From contig OZ024740.1 of NCBI GenBank assembly GCA_964016885.1, forward strand, positions 347,138,001 through 347,202,000: a stretch of 64,000 nt of DNA. The letters run 5' to 3'. A program made the position numbers and the translations under genes. The notes below the pieces were generated by a model that was not told where the DNA came from, did not search any database, and was given only the letters and a program-made list of their open reading frames with translations. Source of the stretch: Eledone cirrhosa (taxonomy: Eukaryota). Shown here in pieces: positions 50,211 through 64,000 of the stretch (its first letter is position 1; every line of letters begins with the position of its first letter).

Positions 50211-50932
50211 ATGTATATATATATATATATACGTGTGTGCGAGTGTATATGTGTGTGTGTACTTATGTATGGGATGAGAATGCACACTTAATTACATATA
50301 AATGGAAGGGGATGGCGGAAAACGAAATGCCAAACGACCATCCAGTAAGAGTATTGACATCTTGTAAAATATGTGACAGATTGCTAATGTTCTTTGCTTT
50401 CATTTATATTTTTCTAAGATAATGATATTGATGACGATGACAACAACGACACTGAATAGGATGGTGATGGGATTGTGATCAGGATGATGGTGGTTATGAT
50501 ATTCATAATGATGAAGGAGGAGGAGAAGTGTATTTTGGTGTTGTTTAGTCCCATGCCATCTCCGAGCGAGTACACCTATCATCAAAGTATTCCAATCATG
50601 GCCATCCCTTGTTTTTCATATATGTAGGACTCAATTATTACGTGTTCTAATTTTAAGGCAGTAACACTTTCATGGTGCTGGGAGTGACGGGGGTTGGGAT
50701 GAGAATGCAGTGGTGGTGATATATTTTTCTTGTTGGAGCTGGTGCGGTTGATGGGGTTACAGTTGTTGTTGTTAGTGGTGAAGGTGGTGATGGTTTTGGC
50801 GGTGGTGGTGGTAGTTGTGGTCATGGAGGAGGAGATATTGGTGGTGGTGGAAGAGGAGATATTGGTGATGATGGAAGTTATGGTATTAATGTAATTATTA
50901 TTAATAACATTATTATTATTATTGTTGTTGTG

Positions 50933-51039
50933 TCAATGTTGGTGGTGATGTCCATGACGATTACGCTGGTGTAGATGATGTGGCCAGTTTTGTATCTGTG
51001 TGCCATGTTTTGAGGTCGAGGTAACTAGAGCCATTACAA
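50933..51039 (-). CDS. Putative alternative His-rich terminal exon B
   Basis: Acceptor gattttgtcag, phase 1; encodes (I)VMALVTSTSKHGTQIQNWPHHLHQRNRHGHHHQH*. Confidence 0.4.
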
Positions 51040-51396
51040 CTGACAAAATCAAGAAATGGTTATGGGTAGGAGAAACAAATTAAAGAAATAAAAATAAAAC
51101 ATTTAACAAAAAAAATGAACATCAGCAAAAAATGAAATAAAAATAACATTCAGAAACAGGAAGCGTAACAGAAAAACCACCAACAATAACAACAATAAAA
51201 AATACAACAACTATATTCTGCCTCTTAGAGATCCACACTACCACGCCCATGTTCAAATCTTTGGTTGAGAGACTTCATTTATCGTGCAAATCCCTTGTGA
51301 CGTCATTTTCGTGGTGTTTAGATGGGGGCAGCCATATTTTTCCAAGAAACGCAAAGTCGTTGTTTTTAATTTGCTCGCTTTTTGAAATCCCCTGAG

Positions 51397-51564
51397 CTAA
51401 CTGTTGAAGATTATTCCATTATGAACAACACGCACTGTCAGCTCGTTGGCAATTCCCAGATCGCTATATCGTTGGAGCTGCAAGACTCCCTGGGAACTGT
51501 CTACAAACATTGTCAGCACGGCCAGTATGTTATCAGGGTCGAAGTTCGGCCGCTTAGGATTCAG
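51397..51564 (-). CDS. Coding exon A of an unidentified host gene
   Basis: Polypyrimidine acceptor ttttcttttttatcctgcgttag; GC-richer open frame LNPKRPNFDPDNILAVLTMFVDSSQGVLQLQRYSDLGIANELTVRVVHNGIIFNS*; internal donor A|gttag at 51402/51401. Confidence 0.7.
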   Translation of the reverse strand: MNPKRPNFDPDNILAVLTMFVDSSQGVLQLQRYSDLGIANELTVRVVHNGIIFNS

Positions 51565-54327
51565 CTAACGCAGGATAAAAAAGAAAAAAATATAAAGAGA
51601 ACTAGAAGAGAAATTGCATATATATATATATATAGTCTCAACATATATATATATATGAGTGAGAATTATGTATGTGTATGTGTTTGTCTCTGCGCAAAGG
51701 GTGAGAGAAAGAAAAGTAGTGAGACATTGAAGTGTAGGGAGAGTGAAAGACACATAGATAAATAGATAATTATAGGAAGAAAGAAAGATAGAATCGGGCC
51801 ATATGCTGACAGTGATGTCCTTCCTTATAAAATAATAATAAAAATTATAAAGAAATTAAAATAAATGATAAAAACTATTATATATTATTTTTATTTGACT
51901 TCTTCGTATATTGTTATTTTTTTTTGTTTATTTCATTTCTTGTTTTCTTTTTTTCTTTTTTTTTTGTTAATTATGCTTTTATTTTTTTCTTCGGGATTTT
52001 CTATATCAACCTCTCTCTCTGTTTTTCCTGCTTTCTTTCACTCTCTGTTTCTTCCCTTTTTTTCTTTCTCAGTCTTCCCTCCCCATCTCTCTCTCTCTCT
52101 CTTGTTTTCATAGTTTATCAGTTTCCAATTTAGCTTTCTTTATACTATTTCCTTTCTTTCTAAGATTACATTTTTACCATCTCACCTCATTCTTTGTGGT
52201 GATTCTTTCTAGCTCACATCACTTGTCTTTCCTTTTTCCTTCTTTTTCTTCCTTTTTTCCTTCTTTTTCTTTCCTTGTTTCCACGCTTTCTTTCTATATT
52301 CCATGCTTTATTTTTCTTGTATATATGTATTTCATAAACTTATTCATACAGGGATCTTTCTTCACACTTTTCTATTCATAAGTTTTTTCGATGCGTTTCC
52401 ACCGTTCTAATTCCGTCTCTAATTTTCCTCTCATTCTTTCTGTCTCTCTTTTTTCTCTCCTTCTTTTTTTCTGTTTTATTAGCCACTCCCTTTATCATAT
52501 GTTCCTTCTCTCTATATCTCTTCAGTTCTCTTTCTCTTTCATCCTCTCTTTCATGCGTTTAATCGGTCAACCATATGATGTATTTCATATTTGATACTAG
52601 TAATCCCACTGATGATTAATATGACGATGTTGATGATGGTTAAGAACAGGAAAATGATTTCATGAATGTACGAGCCAATCCATGAGAATTTATGCCGTCG
52701 CTCGAAATGCTGCACAGGGCAAAGAGATGATCTATAAATCTCAAATAACTTATTAAATAAAGTAGTCATTCATATGAAATTTATGAAACCAAGGCAGAAT
52801 GTTAAATTTATTTCTGTATTGCTTAAACAGAGTGAAAAGCGCAATGCTTCCAAGACCGGTGAGAAGGAAGAATAAAATTATTTTCAAAATTGAGACAAGG
52901 TCTCGAATGCTTGCAGCACTGTACTCTGCTAAAAATACCTAAGGAATAGGAATGGATAAGGTTTAAAAGTACACGAACTAAGTCCACCACGGTAGTAAAC
53001 CGAAATGGTATTTGTGCTCAGAACACAAAAGTCAAAAGAATACTTCCATATATGTAGTTCGACGCTCTAAAATTCTACAAATGCTGTTCTCTTGACTAGA
53101 CATTTTATTTTATGAAAATAATAAGTCCACAGTTAACTTCCTTTGGTTGGCTTTTTGTTTCTGATCAAAAGTGTTTCTCTTTAGAGGAAAATAAATGCAT
53201 TCCAACGTCTTGATGTCTCAGCGTGCTTGACAAGCGCTTTGCGCGTATCAGACAATTATTTTTTATCTTTGCAGACATGAATTAGCCTTTCTGCATCACA
53301 TATATTACGTTTAACGGAGATCCTCATGCAGCATTCTTGCGAAAGAATGTCTTAAAATTATGAGCTCCTTAGCAATGGCACTCATTGAATTCCTGGGTGT
53401 TTATGGATAATTATTTGCACCTTCCATAGATTTTTGGGTGCTCTGATTGGATTTGAAATTTATGGCAGTCGTTTTACGCTTGCTTACGAACGGAAAACGG
53501 GCACCAGCATACATGTGAATCGAAACCACTCATCTTACTTTCGAGATAATTGGGCTAACCGATTACCCCCCCCCCCCTAGTGATTATTAGACTATTTTGT
53601 GTTGTCAAAAATACGGCGGCAGTTGGTAATTCAATTCAACAAACACAGCAGACATACCTCCCCACGCCCCCGATGTCGTCCAAGGGAAGAGCAAAGGCCG
53701 TTGCAGCTTGGCAGCAGTAAAGTCGCAACTCATTTTCCAGTGCAATGAACTGAATCAACCTAAAATAGAGTGTCTTGCCCAAGGATACAATACAACACCC
53801 GGTCAGAGAATTAAACTCACAACATCACGATTGTGGACACAACACTCTAACTACTGAGTCACGCAGTGTGTTAAGCTCTAAAGCTGTCAAGATTTTCGTA
53901 TACCAAATATCCCAATATTTCACCAGCCACAAAACTGAAAATTTTCTTTAATAATAAAGTTTTCCACATCCTTCTTTTGCTACACACTCTATTTTAGTCT
54001 CTTCCTTTCTTTTCTCGCATATTTGCTCATATTCCTCACCCCCACATCATGCATCTTTATTCTACTGTCTCTTCTTTCTAACGCTCACTCGTAACAACTG
54101 CATAGTACCTGCTACTATCTGTATGGGTTTATGCATCTTTCCCGCTTATAACTCACACCTCCTACTTCTGTATGCCATTACACTCCCAATCCGCTTTCTC
54201 TGTTTTCCTTGCTCTCTACGTCTCCTTGTTCTTTGCGTTCTCCCTGTATCTTCCTTCAGCTGCAACATTCTAGTTTAGCAAGAACACACGTTATTTTCTC
54301 TCTCCGACTTTGTCCATACACAAACGT

Positions 54328-54385
<58 letters not shown>

Positions 54386-55008
54386 ATATAACCGTCAATT
54401 GCTTTAACGTTAACGTAAAGGCATTCAGATTAAACCAAACGTACACACACACACACATACACACACATATATATATATTTATTTATATATATATATTATA
54501 TTTATATATGTATGTGTGTGTTAATATATATATATATATATCCTTTACCTGTCATACTTTATGCCCCCTTCTTCTTCTCCTATACTCCTACTTTCACTTT
54601 TACTCTTCTATTCCCCATATCTCTCTCACTCTCTCATCACATTCAGTTAATTTTTCGTTTGTCTCCGCCTTCTCTTTCTCCCACACTCTCTTCCCTACCG
54701 CCACCTTCTTCAATTTGCCCTCTTTATTTCTCACACTCTTACACTCACATACTCTCTCTCAGTCTTCCTGTCTCTCTCCCTCTCTCCCTCTCATTCTGTC
54801 TCTCTCTCTTTCTCTCCCTCCCTCTCATTCTGTCTCTCTCTCTCACTCTCATTATGTCTCTCTCTCTTTATCACTCTCTCTCTCTCTCTCTCTCTCTCCT
54901 CGTAATTTCTCTCAATAGCACTCGCTTCTTTCTTTCATTCGCCCACTCTGACATTAACTCCTCCTCACCTCCTTCCCCCCATTTCTTTCTCACTATCACC
55001 CCCCCCCC

Positions 55009-55132
<124 letters not shown>

Positions 55133-55569
55133 CAATCCATCTATTACTATCTCTCTGCCTTCCTTTCACTCTACTGTCCTCGCCTTCTTTTCTACATCGC
55201 TATTTTCGTTTTTCGATTTCCGAATCGTTGTTTATTTTTTTTTTATTTGTTTCCTATATAACTGCTGGCGTGTGCTTTAAACATGTGTATGCGTACTTCA
55301 ATATGTGTGCTTCTGTGTGTGCACTTGTATATGTGTGCACAGGCGTATACATGTGTATGGGTCTGATATTTTGTTTGTTGTTTGTGTGTCTTCTGTTATT
55401 GCAACTATAGCTGTTGTTGTAGTGAGTGTGATAGTTGCGGTTTATTTTCACGTTGTTGTAGATGCTGTTGGTGATATTGTTGGACCCAATATGATCGTAT
55501 TTCTTATATTTTATTTGTATTTTTCTTCCTATCTTTTCTTTGTTTCGTTCATTTTTCTATCTCGTCCGT

Positions 55570-55609
<40 letters not shown>

Positions 55610-55620
55610 ACGGACGGACG

Positions 55621-55656
<36 letters not shown>

Positions 55657-55765
55657 ATGTGTGTGTGTGTGTATGTGTGTGTGTGTGGGTATGTGTATAT
55701 ATGTGTATATATGTGTATATGCATATATATATATTATATATATAATATATATATATGTATATATA

Positions 55766-56106
<341 letters not shown>

Positions 56107-56520
56107 CCATTCTTCCGTTTCTCTTGGCGGCATCACGAAATATGGGAGCAAAATCAATGCAAGTTTCGGTCCCTGCAGGGTGGCTATTGATGTCCAAAAT
56201 GTGTGTGTTTGTGAGTGTATACAGTCGCACATGTCTCTACCTAAAGACTATGTCTCTAGGTTTTCTGTATAGACTTGTTTACGTAAGCTTTCGTGTGAAC
56301 ATCACGATACGTGTTCGCACCACAGACAATATCCATGGTGTGCCGAGTAGTAAGGGGAATGATAATAAAGAAGCGAAAAGAAAAGAGAATAAAACGAAAT
56401 ATCAAAACAACAAACCCGCACACACACATACAAACACATGCAAGTACAACACATATAAACACACACACACACACATAAACACACATAGACACACACACAT
56501 ACAGAATAACATTCTGTATG

Positions 56521-56580
<60 letters not shown>

Positions 56581-56587
56581 GTATGTT

Positions 56588-56640
<53 letters not shown>

Positions 56641-56787
56641 TTATATATATATATATCGCATATAGAATTTTATTCAAATACACACGCAAACAATGAAGCA
56701 CGCACGCAAAAATGCAGACAGATATACAAAAACTAAGCACACAATACCGATATATATAGGCTCATAGAAGCGTAATGCATATATATG

Positions 56788-56860
<73 letters not shown>

Positions 56861-57196
56861 ATATAATAAAACGCATGTGTTAAACGCGCACGTGCCAGTG
56901 TGTTTCCTCGTGATATTGCGTGTATGTAAATGAAAAGCCACTGTTCTTTTTTCTCTTGTTGTCGTACACGATACACACACAGTCACACACAGTCACATAG
57001 AGTCACACACAGTCACACACAGGCACGCACTCACACACAGAGATGTCCTATATAGTGTTTGTGTTCACGCGTATGTGTTCACGTGCGTCGATCTGTGTGC
57101 ATAAGTACACACAGGGAACACAATTCCGTTCGCATCTATGTGGAATTGTGAGATCTTATGCGAAAACACATAGAGAAACAAACGCCATTGTATAAT

Positions 57197-57261
<65 letters not shown>

Positions 57262-57262
57262 A

Positions 57263-59933
57263 CTAGCAGTGTTTCTCGGCGTTGCACGGGTAAACATTGG
57301 TAATAGCACCTCCAATGAGAAACGTTTATTTGTGAGTGCCTGTTAAAAACTCACGAAAATATACCGACAGGAAACTTGTTTTATCTGGAGAAAATTAAGA
57401 AGTTGAAAGTACAGTTCAGCTGTCTACGTGCATTGTTCATAGAAATATTGTTGAGCCCCTTCTTTTCATACTCCTCTGTTTTGGCCTATTAGAGTAAATG
57501 TGAAAGAGAAGGTCACAGGTTAAGTTGGCAGAAGGTTCCAGTGTCATAGCAGTAAGGCATAGGCTACTTACCTCAGAAGTTCATTCGCACTCTTGTCACT
57601 AAGTAACTATTTCTCTCTATCCCTCTCGGTGCAGTCCCTTGCGAATTTCTCGCGTAGGCCTGGTGTAGATTTGCACGCCATCCATCTGCCCGATGCTCAT
57701 GTCCGCTTTGTACGGCTTTTGGAGGAAGGAGTGACCAGCAGTACGTAGTTCGGTATTATTACGAAAAGGTGTAGCAGATAATCTCGCGTGAACTAAGAAG
57801 AAACTGCTTACATCGAAGATTCATTCGCCCTCGTTCTTGTCAACGCTCCGTTTAGTTGGTATTTGTTGGTCTACAGTTAGATGAATGGCGCACAATGGGT
57901 TAATGTCGTTGGTGAGAAGTGGCAACCGGGCTGGCTTGCCTCGCTTATATTATATATTAAAATAATAGATTAAAGTTTAAGCAAAGAATCGCTGCTTTCA
58001 CCCTTAACGGGATATTCTGAAACTAAAAAAATCAATCTATGAACGCAGTGGTACCCGGCGTTAAACGGGATAAGGTATTTTTGAACGCGGGCCGCCAACA
58101 GACCTAATTGTGGAAAAATTGCATTCCTGGACAATATGTAAAGAAAATAAACCGAATACTCTGATGGCTGGATAAACTTTAAGATTTTCCTCGATGAAGC
58201 AGGAAAAATACAGGTTTTCACCTAATGCGGGCCCTAAGGGATCAAGAAAATGAATTTTTTTATGTGCATAATATGCCTTAAAATTTCGGGAAAATCGGCT
58301 AGACGTATCGCCTCAAAAAAAGGCTTAAAAAGCTGAAAAAATTAAGTTTTTCACCTAATACGGGCCATAAAAAAGCTGGATTTCTTTGCTCACGGTATGA
58401 AGACGTGACTGACTAATAGATAGGTACAATTTCAATGAAATGGGTCTGACTTAACGCCTCAAAAAAGACCCTAAAATGCTGAAAAAAACGCAGTTTTTCA
58501 CCTAATGCGGGCCCCAGGCCATAGAAAAGTTGGATTTTCTTTGCTCACGGTATGAAGAAGAGACTGACTAATACATTTTACAATTTCAAGGAAATCGGTC
58601 TGACGTAACGTCTCAAAAAAACCCTAAAAAGCTGAAAAACGCAGTTTTTCACCTAATACGGGTGCTAGGGGATCAAAAGGTTGACTTTTTATGTGCATAA
58701 CACTCCCTGAAACATAAGTAATACACATGTAAAGTTTGAAAAAATTCGGTTGGGTACACCTCACACACACACACATACATACACACGTACATACATACAT
58801 ACATACATACATACATACGAGGTGGCTGCCAACTCGTTTTCGAGTACGGCCACTACTTTATATCCATGTAGGAGAACCCCTACCCATGCACTGAACAAGT
58901 GTGACTTTTTAGTCTAGCCAGCGACTTGAAAACTCTGGTACAAACACTACACTTGTGACAATTATTGACACATAGTGCTGGACCCATGGTACCATGTGAT
59001 GACAAGTGCAGAGAGATCTTCAGATACAAAGCAATGCCTGTGCCATGAAGCTTTTATAGTGAGCAAGGGCACTGCACAAAGCCAGTCCAACTCTCTTAAC
59101 CAAGATGATATTTACCAAAAAGAAGAACAAGTCAACATCATTGGATACCATCAAGGTTGCAGGTGTTATATCAGAGTTTTCCTTCTCCTAGAAATCTGCC
59201 TTGACAAAGGCTAATGGGTCATCTCTCCCGGTGATTTTGGATGGCCATTGACTCTTAAGAGCTCCTTTGCCCTTTGACAGGTTTTGTTTTTAGTCCTGCG
59301 GGATGTTCAAAGTCACCCTCCTCACCAAGAAACCTTGGTGGGGTTGCCAGTTTAGTCGCCAACGAACCGACCATGAAACAGGTTGTACTGGGATACATTT
59401 TACCAGTAGCACCATACACACATACATCCTTCCTCAGTTTTATATATATACATATATAGATTAAAATAACAGATTAAAGTTTAAGCAAAGAATAGTTGCT
59501 TTCACCCTTAACGGGATCTTCTGAAACTAAAAACATCAATCTGTGAACGCAGAAGTAAATATTTCGAAAAACGTTGCAACCGAAGGAAAACAGGAAGACG
59601 ATACTTTGGTTCGTGAAGACGTTGCTTGGCAATGAGCGGAAAATTAATATAGCGAACATAATACGTCATCAATGTTCGTCAGAATGTCGTAATGAAGACT
59701 GCCAAGCATACAGACAGATATTATAAGAGCGCTATGGAGATGGATAACCGGCGCCTATCACCCCCTTTAACAAAAGAAAATTGAAAAATAAAAGCTGCAG
59801 TTAATATATATAGACCGCAAGGAATGTATAAATGCAAGTTTGAAGTCAATCGGAGTAGAAATGTGGATTTTATAGACTTTGCAAAAATGAGGACACACAC
59901 ACACACAGACAACAACAGTTTTATATATATAGA
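57263..59933 (-). mobile_element. Composite non-autonomous Helitron-like element(s) with internal minisatellite
   Basis: 3' hairpin + CTAG at 57263-57290; 5' TCTATATATATAAAAC at 59933; ~130-150 bp repeats (gtttttcacctaat.cggg) at 58210-58750; internal duplication 57956/59460, also present at 14174. Confidence 0.5.
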
Positions 59934-59947
59934 TATGTGTGTGTGTA

Positions 59948-60002
<55 letters not shown>

Positions 60003-60003
60003 T

Positions 60004-60567
60004 ATAAAAGTATTTTGGATAGGTAAATAATTAAATCGTATTTTAATTGATTTAAAAGATTGTTTAGTGTTTACTTGTACCGCTCATCTCAATTTTATAG
60101 TTCTGGTATCTCAAATTAATACCATTGAACAACAAATGTATTATAGATACCCTATATATTTCCGTGGGTACTTAGTACCTGTGGGGATATTAATCTAATT
60201 TTATATATATTCTCCCATGTGTGTAGAGAAAATGCGTTGTACCTAACTGCTATATTTAGTAACGTGGCAAACAAAATGTCTATAATATTCCCACTTTTAC
60301 TAATGACCAGTTTATGTGTGGGTCATTTTAATGACCTGACCTTACGTTAGCTGGCAGTAGACGATATATTTACAAACTGTGAGACTTTACGTCCTATAGA
60401 ATGGAAATAGCTTTCTGAAGAGCCGATCTTTCCATTGGAAGTCCTTTGGATTCCCAATATTTTGTGAGGCAAAACCGTCGGTAAAAGCATTTTGAATAGG
60501 TAAATATTTAAACCGTATTTTAATTTATTTAAAAGATTGTTTAATGTTTACTTGTTCCGCTCATCTC

Positions 60568-60578
<11 letters not shown>
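60004..60578 (+). mobile_element. Retrozyme-like unit (477 bp period) starting at the HHR cleavage site
   Basis: Direct repeats 60004-60098 and 60481-60576. HHR 60410-60488: GCUUU CUGAAGA GCC..GGC AAAAC CGUCG GUA^ AAAGC. (TA)n on both sides. Confidence 0.8.
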
Positions 60579-60595
<17 letters not shown>

Positions 60596-60599
<4 letters not shown>

Positions 60600-60788
60600 G
60601 AACGAGTAGGACCCCGACGGCTGAGCTCAAGCCGTTTCGACGGCTAATTTTAATCCAGAATTAGCCGTCGAAACGGCTTGAGCTCAGCCGTCGGGGTCCT
60701 ACTCGTTCCTATTACCCACTCTACTACCCTAAGTATTGAGTACTTTGGTGCGTTATGGTCCACCTGGCTCCTTACCACATTTCCTCCG

Positions 60789-60792
<4 letters not shown>
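60596..60792. mobile_element. Family B hairpin, another copy
   Basis: Hairpin 60596-60712 plus tail; same architecture as 20996-21189 in the opposite orientation. Confidence 0.85.
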
Positions 60793-60854
<62 letters not shown>

Positions 60855-60861
<7 letters not shown>

Positions 60862-61988
60862 CAGGGTCAAGCAAATTGAGAAAAAGTTTTAAAGTAAATT
60901 TTAAAAAATTCACTGTACTTACTATATGTGCCTTTTCCGCGGTTTCCGATCCCAAAATAAATAGATAATCCAAGCGGAATTACATTGAGAAAGAGATCAT
61001 CAGGAGGCTTTTCTCACTCGGAGAATATAAAATTCTCGAGTTCAAATCACAAACTGGCGCCACACAAACCTGTTCCCGAATGAGAGTGAATGAGAGAAGA
61101 AACAATTCTGTCTGGTACCGTGTGGAAAGACAAAGACTAGGTGGACACGTCAATGTACTGCTATTAAAAATAGCAGCCGTTCAAACGACCAAAGTTTTCT
61201 CTACCGTAGGGGAGAATAATAATAAAAGTATGTATTCCTACATCTAAATGTTCTGGCTTGTTAATTTATTAACTTGCCATTTAACCACACTGGCATACGG
61301 TTGGAAAATAATTGTACCCCTATGTGTATTATTTAAATGTAGGAATACATACTTTTATTATTATTCTCCCCTACGGTACAGAAACCTTTGGTCGTTTGAA
61401 CGGCTGATAATTTTAGTAGTAGTACATTGACCTGTCCACCTAGCATTTGTCTTTGCACACGGTACCATACAGAATTGTTTCTTCTCTCATTCACTCTCAT
61501 TCAGGAACAGTTTTGTGTGGCGCCAGTTTGTGATTTGAACTCGAGAATTTTATATTCTCCGAGTGAGAAAAGCCTTCTGACGATGATCTCTTTCCTAATG
61601 TAAATCCGCTTGGATTATCTATTTATTTTGGGATCGGAAACCGCGGTGGAGGCACGTATAGTAAGTACCGTCAATATTTTGAAATTTATTTTAAAACATT
61701 TTCCCTAGTTGCTTGACCTTGATTTTATATGTTCTGGCTTGTTAATTTATTAACTTGCCATTGAACCACACTGGTATATGGTTGGAAAATACTTGTAACC
61801 TTATGTGTATTATTTACATGTAGGAATAGATACTTATTTTAACACTTTTTCTCTATTTGCTTGACCTTGATTTTATATATTCTGGCTTGTTAATTTATTA
61901 ACTTGCCATTGAACCACACTGGCATAAGGTTGGAAAATACTTGTAACCCTATGTGTATTATTTACTTGTAGGGAAATACATACTTTTA

Positions 61989-61992
<4 letters not shown>
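60855..61992. mobile_element. Family D palindrome + tandem (481 bp period) with two HHRs
   Basis: HHR 61572-61653(+): GCCUU CUGACGA UGAUCUC..GGGAUCG GAAAC CGCG GUG GAGGC; mirror 60930-61008(-); ttctggcttg anchors at 61251/61732. Confidence 0.85.
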
Positions 61993-62059
<67 letters not shown>

Positions 62060-62167
62060 TACATTTATATATATATACATATATATATATGTTGTACATG
62101 TGTGTATATATATATATATACATATGTGTGTGTATATATATATATTATACATATATATATGCATGTA

Positions 62168-62199
<32 letters not shown>

Positions 62200-62207
<8 letters not shown>

Positions 62208-62588
62208 TAAGAGGAATTCCAACTTTGTCTGATTTACTCGTTTTATTTACAATCCTTTAAAATTTATAATGGTATTATAATGAAATAGTATGATAGAATA
62301 TTAAATTCTAAGTGTTAATTGAACAAGTACTTTCATGCTTTCGCAATCTTCAGGTTCATAATATGTGGTGACAGTCAAGTTTGCAATTTTCAACTTGAAA
62401 ATTGCAAACTTGACTGTCACCACATATTATGAACCTGAAGATTGCGAAAGCATGAAAGTACTTGTTCAATTAACACTTAGAATTTAATATTCTATCATAC
62501 TATTTCATTATAATACCATTATAAATTTTAAAGGATTGTAAATAAAACGAATAAATCAGACAAAGTTGGAATTCCTCTTATTAATATA
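62200..62588. repeat. Near-perfect ~390 bp palindrome
   Basis: Centre ttcaa-c-ttgaa at 62394; about one mismatch seen. Confidence 0.95.
62430..62468 (+). ncRNA. Well-formed minimal HHR (mirror 62320-62358 on -)
   Basis: UGAAC CUGAAGA UUGC-GAAA-GCAU GAAA GUAC UU^ GUUCA; 5-bp stem I, GNRA loop 2, palindromic loop 3. Confidence 0.85.
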
Positions 62589-62615
62589 ATCTTCTATACA
62601 CAATCATACACACCC

Positions 62616-62712
<97 letters not shown>

Positions 62713-62716
62713 TATG

Positions 62717-62749
<33 letters not shown>

Positions 62750-62790
62750 GTATATGTATATATATATGTATATATATATATATATATATG

Positions 62791-62908
<118 letters not shown>

Positions 62909-62934
62909 CATATATATACATATATATATATATA

Positions 62935-63290
62935 CAGAGGAACGAAGCTTGCATGCTCCGCTGGATGTGTAACAGTAATATACGTGAACGGCAAAGCATA
63001 AACGAACTAAGGAAAAAATTAGAAATAAGAGGGATCAGATGTTGTTTACTCGAGAGAAGGCTACGTTGGTATGGACACGTGATGCGCATGAAAGTCGATA
63101 GCTGTATAACAAAGTGCAGGGCAATAAAGATAGATGGTAGCCACGGAATAGGCAGACCTAGAAAAACCTGGGACGAGCTGATAAACTCCGACCTCACACA
63201 CTTACACCAAGACAATGTCACTGGACCGAGACCTTTGGCGGTACTCAGTAACAGAGAAGACCCGCCTTACCTAAATACATAGTAAAACCT
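62935..63290 (+). mobile_element. RTE LINE 3' fragment
   Basis: [34 protein letters not shown]. Confidence 0.8.
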
Positions 63291-63727
63291 ACTACAGCCA
63301 GTAGGCATCTCTAACAAAATACACCCCGTCCCACCACCACCACCCCATCCACACCACCCCGTTCTATGTAAAGTTATGTTGGTGCCGCGCCATCCAGGCC
63401 GAAACAAATGAGATCGTGTAGGTGTCACGACAAAAAAAACACACAGTCCACGCTGTAATGTGGCCGTGTAGGCAACACGGTAAAAACCTCCCAGACCCAC
63501 ACTGTGAATGTGGTTTGTGTTAGGAAGGGCATCCAACTGTAGAAAACCTGCCAGACAGTCCTATGCGAGCAAGACAATCACTCTTGCCTCAAGTGGGAAT
63601 ACCCCCGTCCAAACCCATGCAAGCGTGGAACACGGACGTTAAACGTTGATGATGATGTTGATGATGATATATATATGTATATATATATACACATATATAT
63701 ATATACATATAAATATATACATATATT

Positions 63728-63777
<50 letters not shown>

Positions 63778-63819
63778 TACATTTATATATATATATACAT
63801 ACATATATATATGTTGTGC

Positions 63820-63850
<31 letters not shown>

Positions 63851-63853
63851 CAT

Positions 63854-63887
<34 letters not shown>

Positions 63888-64000
63888 GATATATACATAT
63901 ATGTGTATATATATATATATATATACATATATATATGTATATCTATGTATATATATATGTATATATATATATGTAAATATATGTATATATATATATATAT

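Noticed and set aside
56275-56332. Possible HHR remnant on the minus strand
   Set aside because: A stem II-like hairpin and GAAA are present, but the CUGANGA box is broken and the stem I register is off.
58210-58750. Spaced repeats resembling a CRISPR array
   Set aside because: Intervening sequences are homologous to each other, the context is eukaryotic and there are no cas genes; it is a minisatellite.

Overview
AT-rich eukaryotic genomic DNA saturated with (TA)n/(CA)n/(GA)n microsatellites. The repeat landscape suggests an octopus/coleoid cephalopod (inference). Almost all ORFs in the track are microsatellite artefacts. Recognisable content: decayed LINEs (two Tx1/L1-like, several RTE fragments, one R4/Dong-like), three Penelope-like element (PLE) fragments with GIY-YIG endonuclease sequence, SINEs, Helitron-like ends, a mariner remnant, and the apparent 3' end of a minus-strand host gene with phase-compatible alternative last exons (48.7-51.6 kb). 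The main signal: the islands between (TA)n tracts belong to about 15 mutually unrelated families, nearly all carrying a minimal type-I hammerhead ribozyme (HHR) motif (stem I-CUGANGA-stem II-GAAA-usually palindromic loop 3-UH^-stem I). Their 3' ends usually run into (TA)n. Many are fold-back palindromes that often turn at or near the ribozyme, and four unrelated families show tandem or circularly permuted monomers of about 460-530 nt. Together this looks like a dense, (TA)n-targeting, PLE-mobilised retrozyme/hairpin system. All motifs were read by eye, so coordinates may be off by a few bases and ribozyme activity is untested.
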